Shown here in pieces: positions 19,526-28,432 of a stretch of 64,000 nucleotides of DNA. The notes under the pieces were generated by a model. The model searched no databases. It had not been told where the DNA came from and saw only the letters and a list, made by a program, of their open reading frames with translations. How positions within the stretch are numbered: the first letter of the stretch is position 1; the number at the start of each line of letters is the position of its first letter. The position numbers and the translations under genes are program-made. Source of the stretch: Candidatus Omnitrophota bacterium (GTDB lineage: Bacteria; Omnitrophota; Gorgyraeia; Zapsychrales; JBDRMG01); the NCBI GenBank assembly GCA_043812495.1, contig JBDRMG010000064.1, forward strand, positions 2,799 through 66,798, in the 5' to 3' direction.

Positions 19526-20466
19526 TGGCGAGACTCCGTTTCCCTTTTCTTTTTGTACCACGCATATGTTTTTTCTATGCCGTCCCGAAGAGATATCTTG
19601 GCTTTCCATCCCAGGCGATGAATACGACTTGAATCCAGAAGTTTTTGATTGGCCCCATCGGGTTTCGAGCGGTCAAAAACGATTTTCCCTGCAAAACCAG
19701 AGACCTCTTTGATCATTTGGGCTAACTCTTGGATGGACACATCTGATCCGCAACCCATATTCATTAGTTCAGGAGAGCGGGCGCGGTCCATCAGAAAAAG
19801 GCTTGCTTCAACAAAATCATCGCAAAAAAGAAATTCTCTTCGCGGACTTCCGCTTCCCCAAACCGTCACGTCTTTCTTATTGTCTTGAACAGCTTCATAA
19901 AATTTTCCGATCAAAGCGTTCAGAACATGCGCATCTTCCAAATCAACATCTTCTCCGGGTCCGAAGACCGTGGCCGGCACGGTCACGACAGTATCGAGGC
20001 CGTATTGCGCGCGATAAGCCTGGCAGAGCTTGACTCCCGAAATCTTGGCCACGGCATAGGCTTCGCTGGTGGATTCAACAGGTCCGTTCAATAAATCTTC
20101 CTCTTTCATGGGTTGGCGACATTCTTTTGGGTAAATGCAGGAACTGGCATAAAAAAGCAGTTTTTTGGCCTTAAACTTATAGGCCGCATGGACAACATTA
20201 TTCTGGCTTTCAAGATTATGGTAGATGAATTCGCCCGGATTCTTGATATTGGCGGCAATCCCGCCGGAGCGGGTGGATGCGAGGAAAATATATTCCGGTC
20301 TTTCGCGTGAGAAAAATTCATAGACGGAAGGTTGAATTGCGCAATCCAGAGCGATAGCCGAGGAAGAAAAAACATGTAGAAAACCATGGGTTTCAAAATA
20401 CCGGACAAGGGATTTTTCGATGATATCGTTATGGCCAATAATGAGTATTTTTGATTGTTTTTCCAT
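19522..20466 (-). CDS. fcl: GDP-L-fucose synthase-like 3,5-epimerase/4-reductase
   Basis: It aligns well by eye to Fcl/WcaG (SSCIYPKECRQPMKEEDLLNGPVESTSEAYAVAKISGVKLCQAYRAQYG, VWGSGSPRREFLF). In this context it may instead act on a GDP-heptose. Confidence 0.8.
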   Translation of the reverse strand: MEKQSKILIIGHNDIIEKSLVRYFETHGFLHVFSSSAIALDCAIQPSVYEFFSRERPEYIFLASTRSGGIAANIKNPGEFIYHNLESQNNVVHAAYKFKAKKLLFYASSCIYPKECRQPMKEEDLLNGPVESTSEAYAVAKISGVKLCQAYRAQYGLDTVVTVPATVFGPGEDVDLEDAHVLNALIGKFYEAVQDNKKDVTVWGSGSPRREFLFCDDFVEASLFLMDRARSPELMNMGCGSDVSIQELAQMIKEVSGFAGKIVFDRSKPDGANQKLLDSSRIHRLGWKAKISLRDGIEKTYAWYKKKRETESRQ

Positions 20467-20603
20467 TTCTTGGGTCAATTTCTTTGAAGCAGAACGGGCA
20501 TGTAATTTCCAAAACAGTATAACTGAATTCTCCTTTAACTTCAACAATTATAAGGCGTTATCAAAGAAAGGTAAAATGACTTATGCCCAGTTTGAAATGA
20601 GCG

Positions 20604-20668
20604 AAAAAAGGGGCGCCTCGCCCGCCAAATCACTTGAGTGATTTGGCTGAGGCGGGCGCCCCTTTATC
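20604..20668 (-). terminator. Rho-independent terminator (24-bp GC-rich stem, U6 tail on the minus-strand transcript)
   Basis: GGGGCGCCTCGCCCGCCAAATCAC-TTGAG-GTGATTTGGCTGAGGCGGGCGCCCC, with the A6 run on the plus strand at 20605-20610. Confidence 0.75.
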
Positions 20669-20692
20669 GACGTTTTCTATATCAATGTTAAT

Positions 20693-20775
20693 AAGGAAGT
20701 CGATATTAGGTCTTTTTTCTCGTATAGAGAACGTATTAGCTACTTTACTATTGGTAAGGAAAAGACCAACAAAAT
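20693..20775. repeat. Hairpin repeat, family B (GGTCTTTTTTC ... GGAAAAGACC), second copy at 33748-33830
   Basis: About 80 nt, roughly 80 percent identical to 33748-33830. The stem is maintained in both copies. It lies in the 3' UTR of the 20792..21445 gene. Confidence 0.6.
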
Positions 20776-20791
20776 CTATTCTTAAATCCGA

Positions 20792-21445
20792 CTAAAATAA
20801 AGATTTTCCGATAAAAAGCAAAATCATAATTAGTAATATTAAAATTAATATGTCTTTCGATTTTTCCAATCCGATCCCCTTAAGCTGATTCAACAATTGG
20901 TCTTTCAGAGAGCATAGACCTTCGCTTCTTTGAGCAACAGCTGGGCCTGTCTGATCTTTTGTGCTTAACAGCGGGCAAAATTGCTGCTTAACCATAGGAC
21001 GCGTCAAAAAGTAAACCAAAACCGCAAAGGGCAGCATCTTTAGAAGAAACATCAGCCCAAGGGTGATCAGGCTAAAGAAGAATGAAAGACTTGGCTGCCT
21101 GCCAAATCTCACGAATGTCCCAAATGGATAAATGATGTACATAACAAACATGTAAGGACCGAATAAAGCAAGATAGATAGTCGACATGGATACAATGATC
21201 ATACGCGCCCAGTTTCGTAAATAAAAAAGGCTTACGCCGCCAATGATATAGAGGGCCGCCGGTAGGAACATGATCATAGCAATCGGCGAAATGGAAACAA
21301 CGGAAATAAACATAACCATAGAAAGCAGAGAGCCCGTTGAGCCCATCAGGATGGAAAGAATTCCACACGCGATAACTCCTTTGGACGGTCTTGCTTTTCG
21401 GCAATTGGGTTTTTGCTCGGTGACCGGATTATTTTCATTTTCCAT
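20792..21445 (-). CDS. Membrane protein of unknown function
   Basis: 217 aa with 5-6 hydrophobic helices. Confidence 0.5.
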   Translation of the reverse strand: MENENNPVTEQKPNCRKARPSKGVIACGILSILMGSTGSLLSMVMFISVVSISPIAMIMFLPAALYIIGGVSLFYLRNWARMIIVSMSTIYLALFGPYMFVMYIIYPFGTFVRFGRQPSLSFFFSLITLGLMFLLKMLPFAVLVYFLTRPMVKQQFCPLLSTKDQTGPAVAQRSEGLCSLKDQLLNQLKGIGLEKSKDILILILLIMILLFIGKSLF

Positions 21446-21447
21446 GT

Positions 21448-22050
21448 TTAATTTCCCTTCCCGCCTTTATTCTGAGAGGAAAAACTCAATACTCTCCTCA
21501 GAAATCTGAACATCGTTTTTAAAAACCATATCGAGAAAATTATAAAAATAATAACAAGAATGGTCGCGATAACAGGATGTTTAATGATTAAATAAATGAT
21601 TCCAGCTACAGAAATATCCTCGGTCACACTCGCCACGGAATTGCTAAAAGGCTCAGGGGACGTGTTGATGGCGGCCCGGGCAGTCGCTTTCGTGAGATGA
21701 GAGTCCATGGAGATTGATCCGGTTAAAAGAGCAACAGGAATTTGAAGGGCTGGTCCGGCATCCGCCATGGCCATATACCCTAAGGCCGCTCCACCAACAG
21801 GTCGAATAAAGGTATGAACCGAATCCCAAGCGGAATCCACATACGGAACTTTGTCCGCTACAAATTCAATCACGTACAAAACAATGGCGACAATAATGAC
21901 CAAAGGGTGAGCCAAGGAATCCATGTTCCCGGGAAGCGTAATCCATTGCATCCTGTGGGCAATCCCCAAGCCGGCAATAGTCAGATACAAATTGACTCCT
22001 GAGGCCCAGGAACTACCTACTAAAACATTTAAGGAATTGAGTGCATCCAT
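21448..22050 (-). CDS. DUF4126-family membrane protein
   Basis: 200 aa. NVLVGSSWASGVNLYLTIAGLG ... PLVIIVAIVLYVIEFVADKVPYVDSAWD matches the DUF4126 pattern. Confidence 0.6.
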   Translation of the reverse strand: MDALNSLNVLVGSSWASGVNLYLTIAGLGIAHRMQWITLPGNMDSLAHPLVIIVAIVLYVIEFVADKVPYVDSAWDSVHTFIRPVGGAALGYMAMADAGPALQIPVALLTGSISMDSHLTKATARAAINTSPEPFSNSVASVTEDISVAGIIYLIIKHPVIATILVIIFIIFSIWFLKTMFRFLRRVLSFSSQNKGGKGN

Positions 22051-22130
22051 ACCTAGATTATTTTAAAATTAAATTTAGATTCTCGCAAGCCTGAAAATAA
22101 CTTATACGATATCCCAAAATCTGCATATAA

Positions 22131-22178
22131 AAACCCCGCACCTTTTTAAAAAGCTATCTTTTAAGGTGCGGGGTTAAT
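22131..22178 (-). terminator. Rho-independent terminator downstream of csp
   Basis: CCCCGCACC ... GGTGCGGGG 9-bp stem, followed on the minus-strand RNA by UUUUUAUA. Confidence 0.6.
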
Positions 22179-22186
22179 TTTCTGGA

Positions 22187-22387
22187 TTAGACTTTCGTTA
22201 CGTTGACCGCCTGCTTGCCTTTCGGTCCTTGTTCGATCTCGAACTGAACTTCCTGGCCTTCGTCTAGAGATTTGTAACCATCGCCCTGAACAGCAGAAAA
22301 ATGCACAAAGACATCTTCGCCGGATTCGGGTGAGATGAATCCATAACCCTTTTGGTTATTAAACCATTTGACTTTACCTTTTTGCAC
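22187..22387 (-). CDS. Cold-shock protein (CspA family)
   Basis: [31 protein letters not shown] cold-shock domain. Probable GTG start at 22387, with a perfect AAGGAGG 9 nt upstream. The listed 80-aa ORF has an unlikely N-terminal extension. Confidence 0.8.
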   Translation of the reverse strand: MQKGKVKWFNNQKGYGFISPESGEDVFVHFSAVQGDGYKSLDEGQEVQFEIEQGPKGKQAVNVTKV

Positions 22388-22643
22388 TGAATCTTTCCTC
22401 CTTTCTGACCAAGGACTCGCTTTCATCAAGGCAGAAATAGAAAAACCGCAAGGTCATTTCTTCTTTTTCCCTGCGGTTCAAGATTTCTACTCCCTCATAT
22501 AATGCAAATCCTTCTTCGTTACGATTTAAGTATGCCTAAAGTTACCCTCTTTGTCAATAAATTATTTGCCAAAAATATTCTTCTGGAAAAACACTCATAA
22601 GCCCCATGATCTATGGTAAAATGCGTTCAGCGAGGTAAAATGA

Positions 22644-23171
22644 ATGCCCATTTCCACCTGCCCTCTTATGAACCTTTCAACAGACCTGTTCAGAGACGTA
22701 ATCATCGCATCGCTTGTTCTTGCGCTCATCGTTTGCCTACTCAAGATCCGCCTACTTAAAAGAAATCTAATCCGGGAGATTCATCAAAGATTAATTCCAC
22801 TCTTAAATTTTGAAATTGACAAAGACGAAATGACTCTCTATCTAAAGAATGAAAGTCATTGCCTGGCAAAAAATATAAAAATTGAGGACTTCGACGTGAC
22901 GCTCAAGTATGATTTTCCAAAAACATTGACCTTAAAATTTCCCATGGTGGAATTGGTGAATCCCAATCAACGGGTTGCCTTAAAATTCAGGGCTTTTGAC
23001 GAAACAAGCGAGCTCGATTCCGTCACGACGGAAAATCTGGCGACCCATCTTCTTAATGCCTCGCTTGAGGCCTTCATCTACTACTCCAATATTGAAAATA
23101 CGAGATTTCAGTCTATTATCGTGAAAAATCAGCATCACTTCTTGATCAAAGAAGCCCGCCCGTGTTTGTAG
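22644..23171 (+). CDS. Hypothetical protein with N-terminal TM anchor
   Basis: 175 aa with one hydrophobic helix near the N-terminus. An extended -10-like TGGTAAAAT sits upstream. Confidence 0.4.
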   Translation: MPISTCPLMNLSTDLFRDVIIASLVLALIVCLLKIRLLKRNLIREIHQRLIPLLNFEIDKDEMTLYLKNESHCLAKNIKIEDFDVTLKYDFPKTLTLKFPMVELVNPNQRVALKFRAFDETSELDSVTTENLATHLLNASLEAFIYYSNIENTRFQSIIVKNQHHFLIKEARPCL

Positions 23172-23172
23172 A

Positions 23173-24006
23173 TTATTCTTTTGCTTCCCGCCTGGCCTGA
23201 TTTGATCCAAACAAATTCTTCCAATAATTTTTATCCATCTCTTTACAAAAATAACGGATAAATTCCTTCATGAGCTCAAGTTTCTTTCGCAGGATAGGAT
23301 CTTCCTGTGCCCAGGCATGCATCAATGTGTTCTGGGATTCGATCAATAGCGCCGCATACACCTCGGCTTTATCTTCCTCAATGGACGTCATAGCATAATC
23401 GGTAATAAATCCGGGCCTGGGCGGTGCTGAATAATTCCGGACATTTTTGATCTCTTGCCAGGTTCTATTTTGCCCATACATAAATCCCTCTTCGTTGAGA
23501 TTAGCCCATTCGGAATCTTTCCATCCGGGATAACCGATGGACTGCATTTCAATCATATGGTAAAGCTCATGATGAATGCTATGACGCTGCCGTTTGGGAT
23601 TGCGCATCCCGCGCGAAAAATCAAAAAACATCAGCTTCTCTTTGTGTTGATAAAGACCTTCAGCGGGTTTCTTTTGATGAAAAAGATTCTTCGCAATCAC
23701 AATCCCTTGCAAGCGGCTATTGCGGAAAAAGCTCTTGGGATATTTTCTGATTTCTTCCTCAAACAGCTGAAGGTATTGGGAAAGTTCGGGATGATCTTTC
23801 TTTGAGGCCAATTGATAGACAGCGGTTTTTGCTATAGCCTCCGGCAAATCCTTATAGTAAATCTTAAGAGAGGTTTTATTTTCTATTCTTTGAATGGCAG
23901 AATCAATGGATAGTGTTAAATCATGGGTTGAATTAGCTGCAAAAGCATAAACTGCGGGCATAAGCGAAAGGGCAAATAAGTGCGGAATTATTCTATCGAA
24001 ACGCAT
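23173..24006 (-). CDS. Secreted protein with HExxH motif (putative zincin-like metallopeptidase)
   Basis: Signal-peptide-like N-terminus (LFALSLMPAVYAFAA), then SIHHELYHMIEMQS. Convergent with the 22644 gene. Confidence 0.4.
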   Translation of the reverse strand: MRFDRIIPHLFALSLMPAVYAFAANSTHDLTLSIDSAIQRIENKTSLKIYYKDLPEAIAKTAVYQLASKKDHPELSQYLQLFEEEIRKYPKSFFRNSRLQGIVIAKNLFHQKKPAEGLYQHKEKLMFFDFSRGMRNPKRQRHSIHHELYHMIEMQSIGYPGWKDSEWANLNEEGFMYGQNRTWQEIKNVRNYSAPPRPGFITDYAMTSIEEDKAEVYAALLIESQNTLMHAWAQEDPILRKKLELMKEFIRYFCKEMDKNYWKNLFGSNQARREAKE

Positions 24007-24092
24007 CTTAATTTTTGTTTCATTCTTAATTATGGTGAAAGATTTGTCCTAACTTATTGAAAAAGAAGAAAATAATGAAATTTAGGGAATGA

Positions 24093-24172
24093 CCCTGATT
24101 ACACAGATTATATTCGATGACACAGATAAAAAAATCTGTGTAATCTTTTTTAAATCTGTGAAATCAGGTTCT
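24093..24172. repeat. Nested palindromic element built from CACAGAT/ATCTGTG heptamers
   Basis: CTGATTACACAGAT ... GACACAGATAAAAAAATCTGTGTAATCTTTTTTAAATCTGTGAAATCAGG, with an inner hairpin and a 14-bp outer stem. Confidence 0.55.
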
Positions 24173-24222
24173 TTCATGCACCCTAAATAAGAAAGAACTA
24201 AATTTTTATTCAATGATGAGAA

Positions 24223-24696
24223 TTATTCAAGTTGCGTTGCGGCTTCTTTCGAGGCTTTAAATCCACGATAAACGAACGAGAAGGAGATAAGAAAAACGCA
24301 TAAATAAACGGCGGCCAAAAGAAAAAACGGTTTCTTTCTCTCCACAATGAAGCCACCCATCACATGCGCAAAGGCCAATAAAGGCAAACTAAAAAGCATC
24401 ATTCCGATATGGGCAACAAACATCAGATAAGGCATGTTCGAGAGAAGATCTCCTGAGGGCTTTTGGAATATCGTCGGTATCTGCCCCATTAAGAAAAGAA
24501 CTAACAGATACAAGGGCGAAGACACTGCAATCACATTCCACCATCGCATTTTTGTTGAGTCTGATTTCAAGGATTTTCGTGTTGCCGTGAGAATCCAGCC
24601 GATCCCAAAGGCAATCAAGAGGGCAAAAAGAATTCTTGAGACGAAAAATGCGATATAGGTCGAATAGTCTTGCATGACTTTCTTAATCAGTTTCAC
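24223..24696 (-). CDS. Membrane protein of unknown function (4 TM)
   Basis: 157 aa, last gene of the radical SAM operon string. Confidence 0.5.
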   Translation of the reverse strand: MKLIKKVMQDYSTYIAFFVSRILFALLIAFGIGWILTATRKSLKSDSTKMRWWNVIAVSSPLYLLVLFLMGQIPTIFQKPSGDLLSNMPYLMFVAHIGMMLFSLPLLAFAHVMGGFIVERKKPFFLLAAVYLCVFLISFSFVYRGFKASKEAATQLE

Positions 24697-24765
24697 GAAA
24701 TTGGGGGCCGAAGAGGCTCGGCCCCCAATTCAAGAAGTAATATCTTTCTTATGCTTTGTCCCTTC

Positions 24766-26850
24766 TTATTTCTTGTGAATAATCTTCTTAACCAATTTGA
24801 GAACAAATCCCAGAATTACGATAAAAATGATAATTCGTAGAATTTTCCCGATGTGCTTAAAGATACGCGTATAACTGGCCGTTAGATAGGGGCTTTCTTT
24901 TTCTGTCACCAGTAATTTGGAGAAACGATACTGGCTTCCCTTTTGAGGAATATCGATTTTGATGGGTAAAACACCGACGACCTTCCCTCCGGATTGCTTT
25001 TCTGAATATGTCATTTGCTGCACATTGCTAATAGAAAACTGTTCTCCAATATCATCGGCCGCAGATCTTAAACGACCCTGCACATGACTTAACGGCCTCC
25101 AAGCTGTTGAATCCTTGGTTAACTTGACGTCCCCTCCAAAATTAAAATACTTATAATCAACAGGAAAATAGACAGACCAATAGAGTTGGCTTGCGGGAAT
25201 ATCCGTTTGAGGAAGCCCCATCTTAAGAGAGCCAAAATATTTCATTCTGGATCCCTGATCCAGATAGACGATCTCAACGGGAAATTGGGTCAAGCTTTGC
25301 CCTTGAAGCTGGGATTTCTCTAGGGGAATCAGAATACTACCGTTTTTATCTTTGGCCGGTTTCACAGGCTTGCCGGCGACAAATGTGCTCCACAAAGAGG
25401 CTCCTTTGGGCAAAACCAAATGCAAGAATTGCTTCACATTATTGCGCACTTGATACGTCGCCTTGGTCAAAACTTTCCCTTCTTCGGTATAAAGAGTAAC
25501 ATAATTGGCCGAATCAATAGCCGCAACGAGAACCGGTAATTCCTCGTGCTTGGTGACATCGATGGTGATCGCAAAGGGATGATTAAGATATTTGAAGGCC
25601 AAAAGAATGGGATTGGAGGATTGGCTCCAAATCGACGAAGGAAGCTCTTTGACGTCAATGGCGGTGACTCTTTCGAGTTTATTAACGGCTAGCTCGACAT
25701 TGGTCTTGGCCGCAACACCAACATATCCATTTTCCCGTTCGACTCCAAGGGCTTTGACGGACGGGATATCGGCCACGACGGACCCCTCCCCGATGTTTCG
25801 CTCATAGAGAATATCCAGAATATAATTGCCTTTGATGCCATAATTCAAATACACATCCAAATATTGAACACCTTTGTCGACAGAGACCTTCCAATCGCGT
25901 AAATCCCGGCCACTCACGTCCAGAAGGGTGACATCTTCAGGAATCGCGATGCGCAGATTCGATATCTCGGATTGCAAAATGGAATACTTCAGCTGAGCTT
26001 GATTGCGGACAAGCCCCTCTCCGATAGTCGAGTAGGTTGTTGTTTCCAAATAAACCTTCGGCTCCAGTTTTACTTGTTTAATTTCTTCTTTGGGCAGTTC
26101 TTTGGTCCAGCGTGTAGTGATGCTGTTTGTGTTGGGCATCACAGCCCAAGCTAATGTTTTTTCTTTTTCTTTATTCACTTCCACTTTAATCGCCGGTTCA
26201 ATGAAAATTTCAACACCTGTTTCGGGCATGATAAATTCATATTGAGAAATCGGCGCCGACATTACTTCAAACGAAAAATTGCCGGGACCGCCTTCGCGCT
26301 CACGCGTGGCTTTGATCAGAAATTCAATGTTCAAAGTATAGCGACCTGGCCGGTCAATCATTAAGTAATATTTGCCTCCCTGCATAATCACAAAAGCCGT
26401 GCTGCGATTGATGCTCACGTCAATCAAGCCGACGCTGCTGCGCACCAAAGGAAGCTGTGTCCAGCCTTTGCTAAAAACTTCAAAAATGACTTTGCCGTTA
26501 ACCGTGACGACATTTTCTTCGAGCTCCGCTTTATAGTCTGTTTGGTAAATCGCGTAAGACGAAAGCACGGATGTAGGAATACCCTCTCCTTCTTCTGTTT
26601 TACCGCCAACACGTTCATTTAAAACTTGAGGACCCCGAGGAATTGCCATTTCCTGATCACCACCATAGAGCGTTTGTTGATTTCCTTCGTATCCGCTTTG
26701 ATCAAGATTAAATTGGATGTTGCTGCCTTTTTGCAATCTTCCCTGGATCTTGTCTTTTAGGCCTCCGGCTAAAATGTTTTGAGGCAAAATAAAGACATAC
26801 AATAACGCTGCAGTCGCCAAAGCTATTGTTTTCATAAAATTGTTGTTCAT
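24766..26850 (-). CDS. Large secreted protein with C-terminal TM anchor, unknown function
   Basis: 694 aa. N-terminal signal peptide (MKTIALATAALLYVFILPQNILAGG) and a C-terminal hydrophobic helix plus basic tail (ILRIIIFIVILGFVLKLVKKIIHKK). Confidence 0.55.
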   Translation of the reverse strand: MNNNFMKTIALATAALLYVFILPQNILAGGLKDKIQGRLQKGSNIQFNLDQSGYEGNQQTLYGGDQEMAIPRGPQVLNERVGGKTEEGEGIPTSVLSSYAIYQTDYKAELEENVVTVNGKVIFEVFSKGWTQLPLVRSSVGLIDVSINRSTAFVIMQGGKYYLMIDRPGRYTLNIEFLIKATREREGGPGNFSFEVMSAPISQYEFIMPETGVEIFIEPAIKVEVNKEKEKTLAWAVMPNTNSITTRWTKELPKEEIKQVKLEPKVYLETTTYSTIGEGLVRNQAQLKYSILQSEISNLRIAIPEDVTLLDVSGRDLRDWKVSVDKGVQYLDVYLNYGIKGNYILDILYERNIGEGSVVADIPSVKALGVERENGYVGVAAKTNVELAVNKLERVTAIDVKELPSSIWSQSSNPILLAFKYLNHPFAITIDVTKHEELPVLVAAIDSANYVTLYTEEGKVLTKATYQVRNNVKQFLHLVLPKGASLWSTFVAGKPVKPAKDKNGSILIPLEKSQLQGQSLTQFPVEIVYLDQGSRMKYFGSLKMGLPQTDIPASQLYWSVYFPVDYKYFNFGGDVKLTKDSTAWRPLSHVQGRLRSAADDIGEQFSISNVQQMTYSEKQSGGKVVGVLPIKIDIPQKGSQYRFSKLLVTEKESPYLTASYTRIFKHIGKILRIIIFIVILGFVLKLVKKIIHKK

Positions 26851-26876
26851 AAATCCCCTTCTCTTGTTAAAAATAT

Positions 26877-27470
26877 TTATTCACTTTTTAATACGCTCTG
26901 TAAATCTGATAACGCCTTGGCCACATTATTTTTTAAATCATCTAACACAGCTTTCAAGCTATAGTCTGTGATTTCCATTTCCAGGCTACTAATCGCAAGT
27001 ATTATAGAAGAAATGCTTTGAGGCGTAAAGGGATTTGAGCGCCCCGAAAGTCTTGATAACTGCCGCCAGAAAATCAGGGACGGCTTGCTGTTTTCCAGTT
27101 CCGGTTTTCTTTTGGTGTATTCTTCGAGCACCTCTGCATCCTCAGGAAAAAGTCCGAAATAAAGCTGCGTGACGGTCTGAATAAACTCCTTGGACTCGTG
27201 CTCATTGAGATCAACGCGTATCGTATATCTCATTTCAGTAATGGCAAAAGCCATGATCTTGGACCAGATCAAGTGAGACGAATCCTTCTTTAGCTCAACA
27301 TTATATTCTTTTAAGAAATTCATCGTTTGAGGCAAAACGCTTACGCCCGTCTTAAAAAGCAAGAGGTGATATTCAGCCCAAGCGCGCTTCTTTGTTTCGG
27401 AGAATTTACCGGATTCAAAAACTTCTTTGGAGGATTGATTGAATTTGTCGATCTTTTGTGCAAAACTCAT
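26877..27470 (-). CDS. Soluble hypothetical protein
   Basis: 197 aa with no hydrophobic segment. 4-nt overlap with the upstream membrane-protein gene. Confidence 0.45.
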   Translation of the reverse strand: MSFAQKIDKFNQSSKEVFESGKFSETKKRAWAEYHLLLFKTGVSVLPQTMNFLKEYNVELKKDSSHLIWSKIMAFAITEMRYTIRVDLNEHESKEFIQTVTQLYFGLFPEDAEVLEEYTKRKPELENSKPSLIFWRQLSRLSGRSNPFTPQSISSIILAISSLEMEITDYSLKAVLDDLKNNVAKALSDLQSVLKSE

Positions 27471-28432
27471 GATCGTTTTACTCCTTCGTCTTTCAAGAGT
27501 TGGCGAGTTAAATCCAAGGCGGCTTGAACGATATGTTTGGATGCGCTAAGATTCGTATGATACTCGGAATTGCGTGTTGTTTTCTGCCGTATCACTAAAA
27601 CGTCGACGTCAACGGATGTTGTTTTCTCAAGGGTTAATTTCGATGGTGAACGTTCAATCAACTGTTTTTTCTTCCGGAGGATGTCTGCCCCCTGCTTGGC
27701 AATAAACACACAATAAAGATACGGATAATCGCGACCTTCAACCGTGTTGATCGAAATCTGAATCTGTAATCCCAAAAAGAAATCCGGTGCATCAAGAATG
27801 CGGACCAAAAGCCTTGCGTCCATCGGGATGCGGCCTCCTTTTTGCGCTTCGCATGTCGAGAGCATCGGAAGCACCTGAATATCGCTGGGTTCGCGCAAAT
27901 AGTCCATGATCTTTTCGAGCAATTCGATTTTGATAATCAGTCTGTCTTTTCTCAAGAAGCTTCTTGTCCCCGTAATCCAATGAGGTGCTAAGATCAAAAG
28001 GACATCCCATGTCCAATAACTGGCCAGTCTGTGCTGGCCAAGGCCCTCAATAATCATCCAAATAATAAAACAAACGACGCCGATCAAAACAACAACTGCT
28101 ATGCCCAAAGGATTGGTGATATCAAAGGCATCCCGATCCCATCGTTCAAGCTGTTTTTGCTTTGAGCGGACCTTTTTATACTCATCGGGGGTTACTTGTT
28201 TCCATTCTTCGGTTGTAACGGTTTTCGGCTTCGCGCTATATCCCTGAATCAGGCTAAAGGCCGTTCCGAGGCCGATGAGGATTAATCCAAAAATAAAATT
28301 CAAGAAAAGCTGGATCAGAAACCCGCCGATGAACAATCCTATAATGCATTGCATGCGGGTCAAATACGGGACATCTTTAAAAAAGATGAATTTGATGTCG
28401 CCTTGGCGCTGGGGATCGGGAAAAAAGCTCAT
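27467..28432 (-). CDS. Membrane protein of unknown function (two TM hairpins, then a cytoplasmic domain)
   Basis: Start at Met23 of the listed ORF (28432). 4-nt overlap with the radical SAM gene. Confidence 0.5.
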   Translation of the reverse strand: MSFFPDPQRQGDIKFIFFKDVPYLTRMQCIIGLFIGGFLIQLFLNFIFGLILIGLGTAFSLIQGYSAKPKTVTTEEWKQVTPDEYKKVRSKQKQLERWDRDAFDITNPLGIAVVVLIGVVCFIIWMIIEGLGQHRLASYWTWDVLLILAPHWITGTRSFLRKDRLIIKIELLEKIMDYLREPSDIQVLPMLSTCEAQKGGRIPMDARLLVRILDAPDFFLGLQIQISINTVEGRDYPYLYCVFIAKQGADILRKKKQLIERSPSKLTLEKTTSVDVDVLVIRQKTTRNSEYHTNLSASKHIVQAALDLTRQLLKDEGVKRS

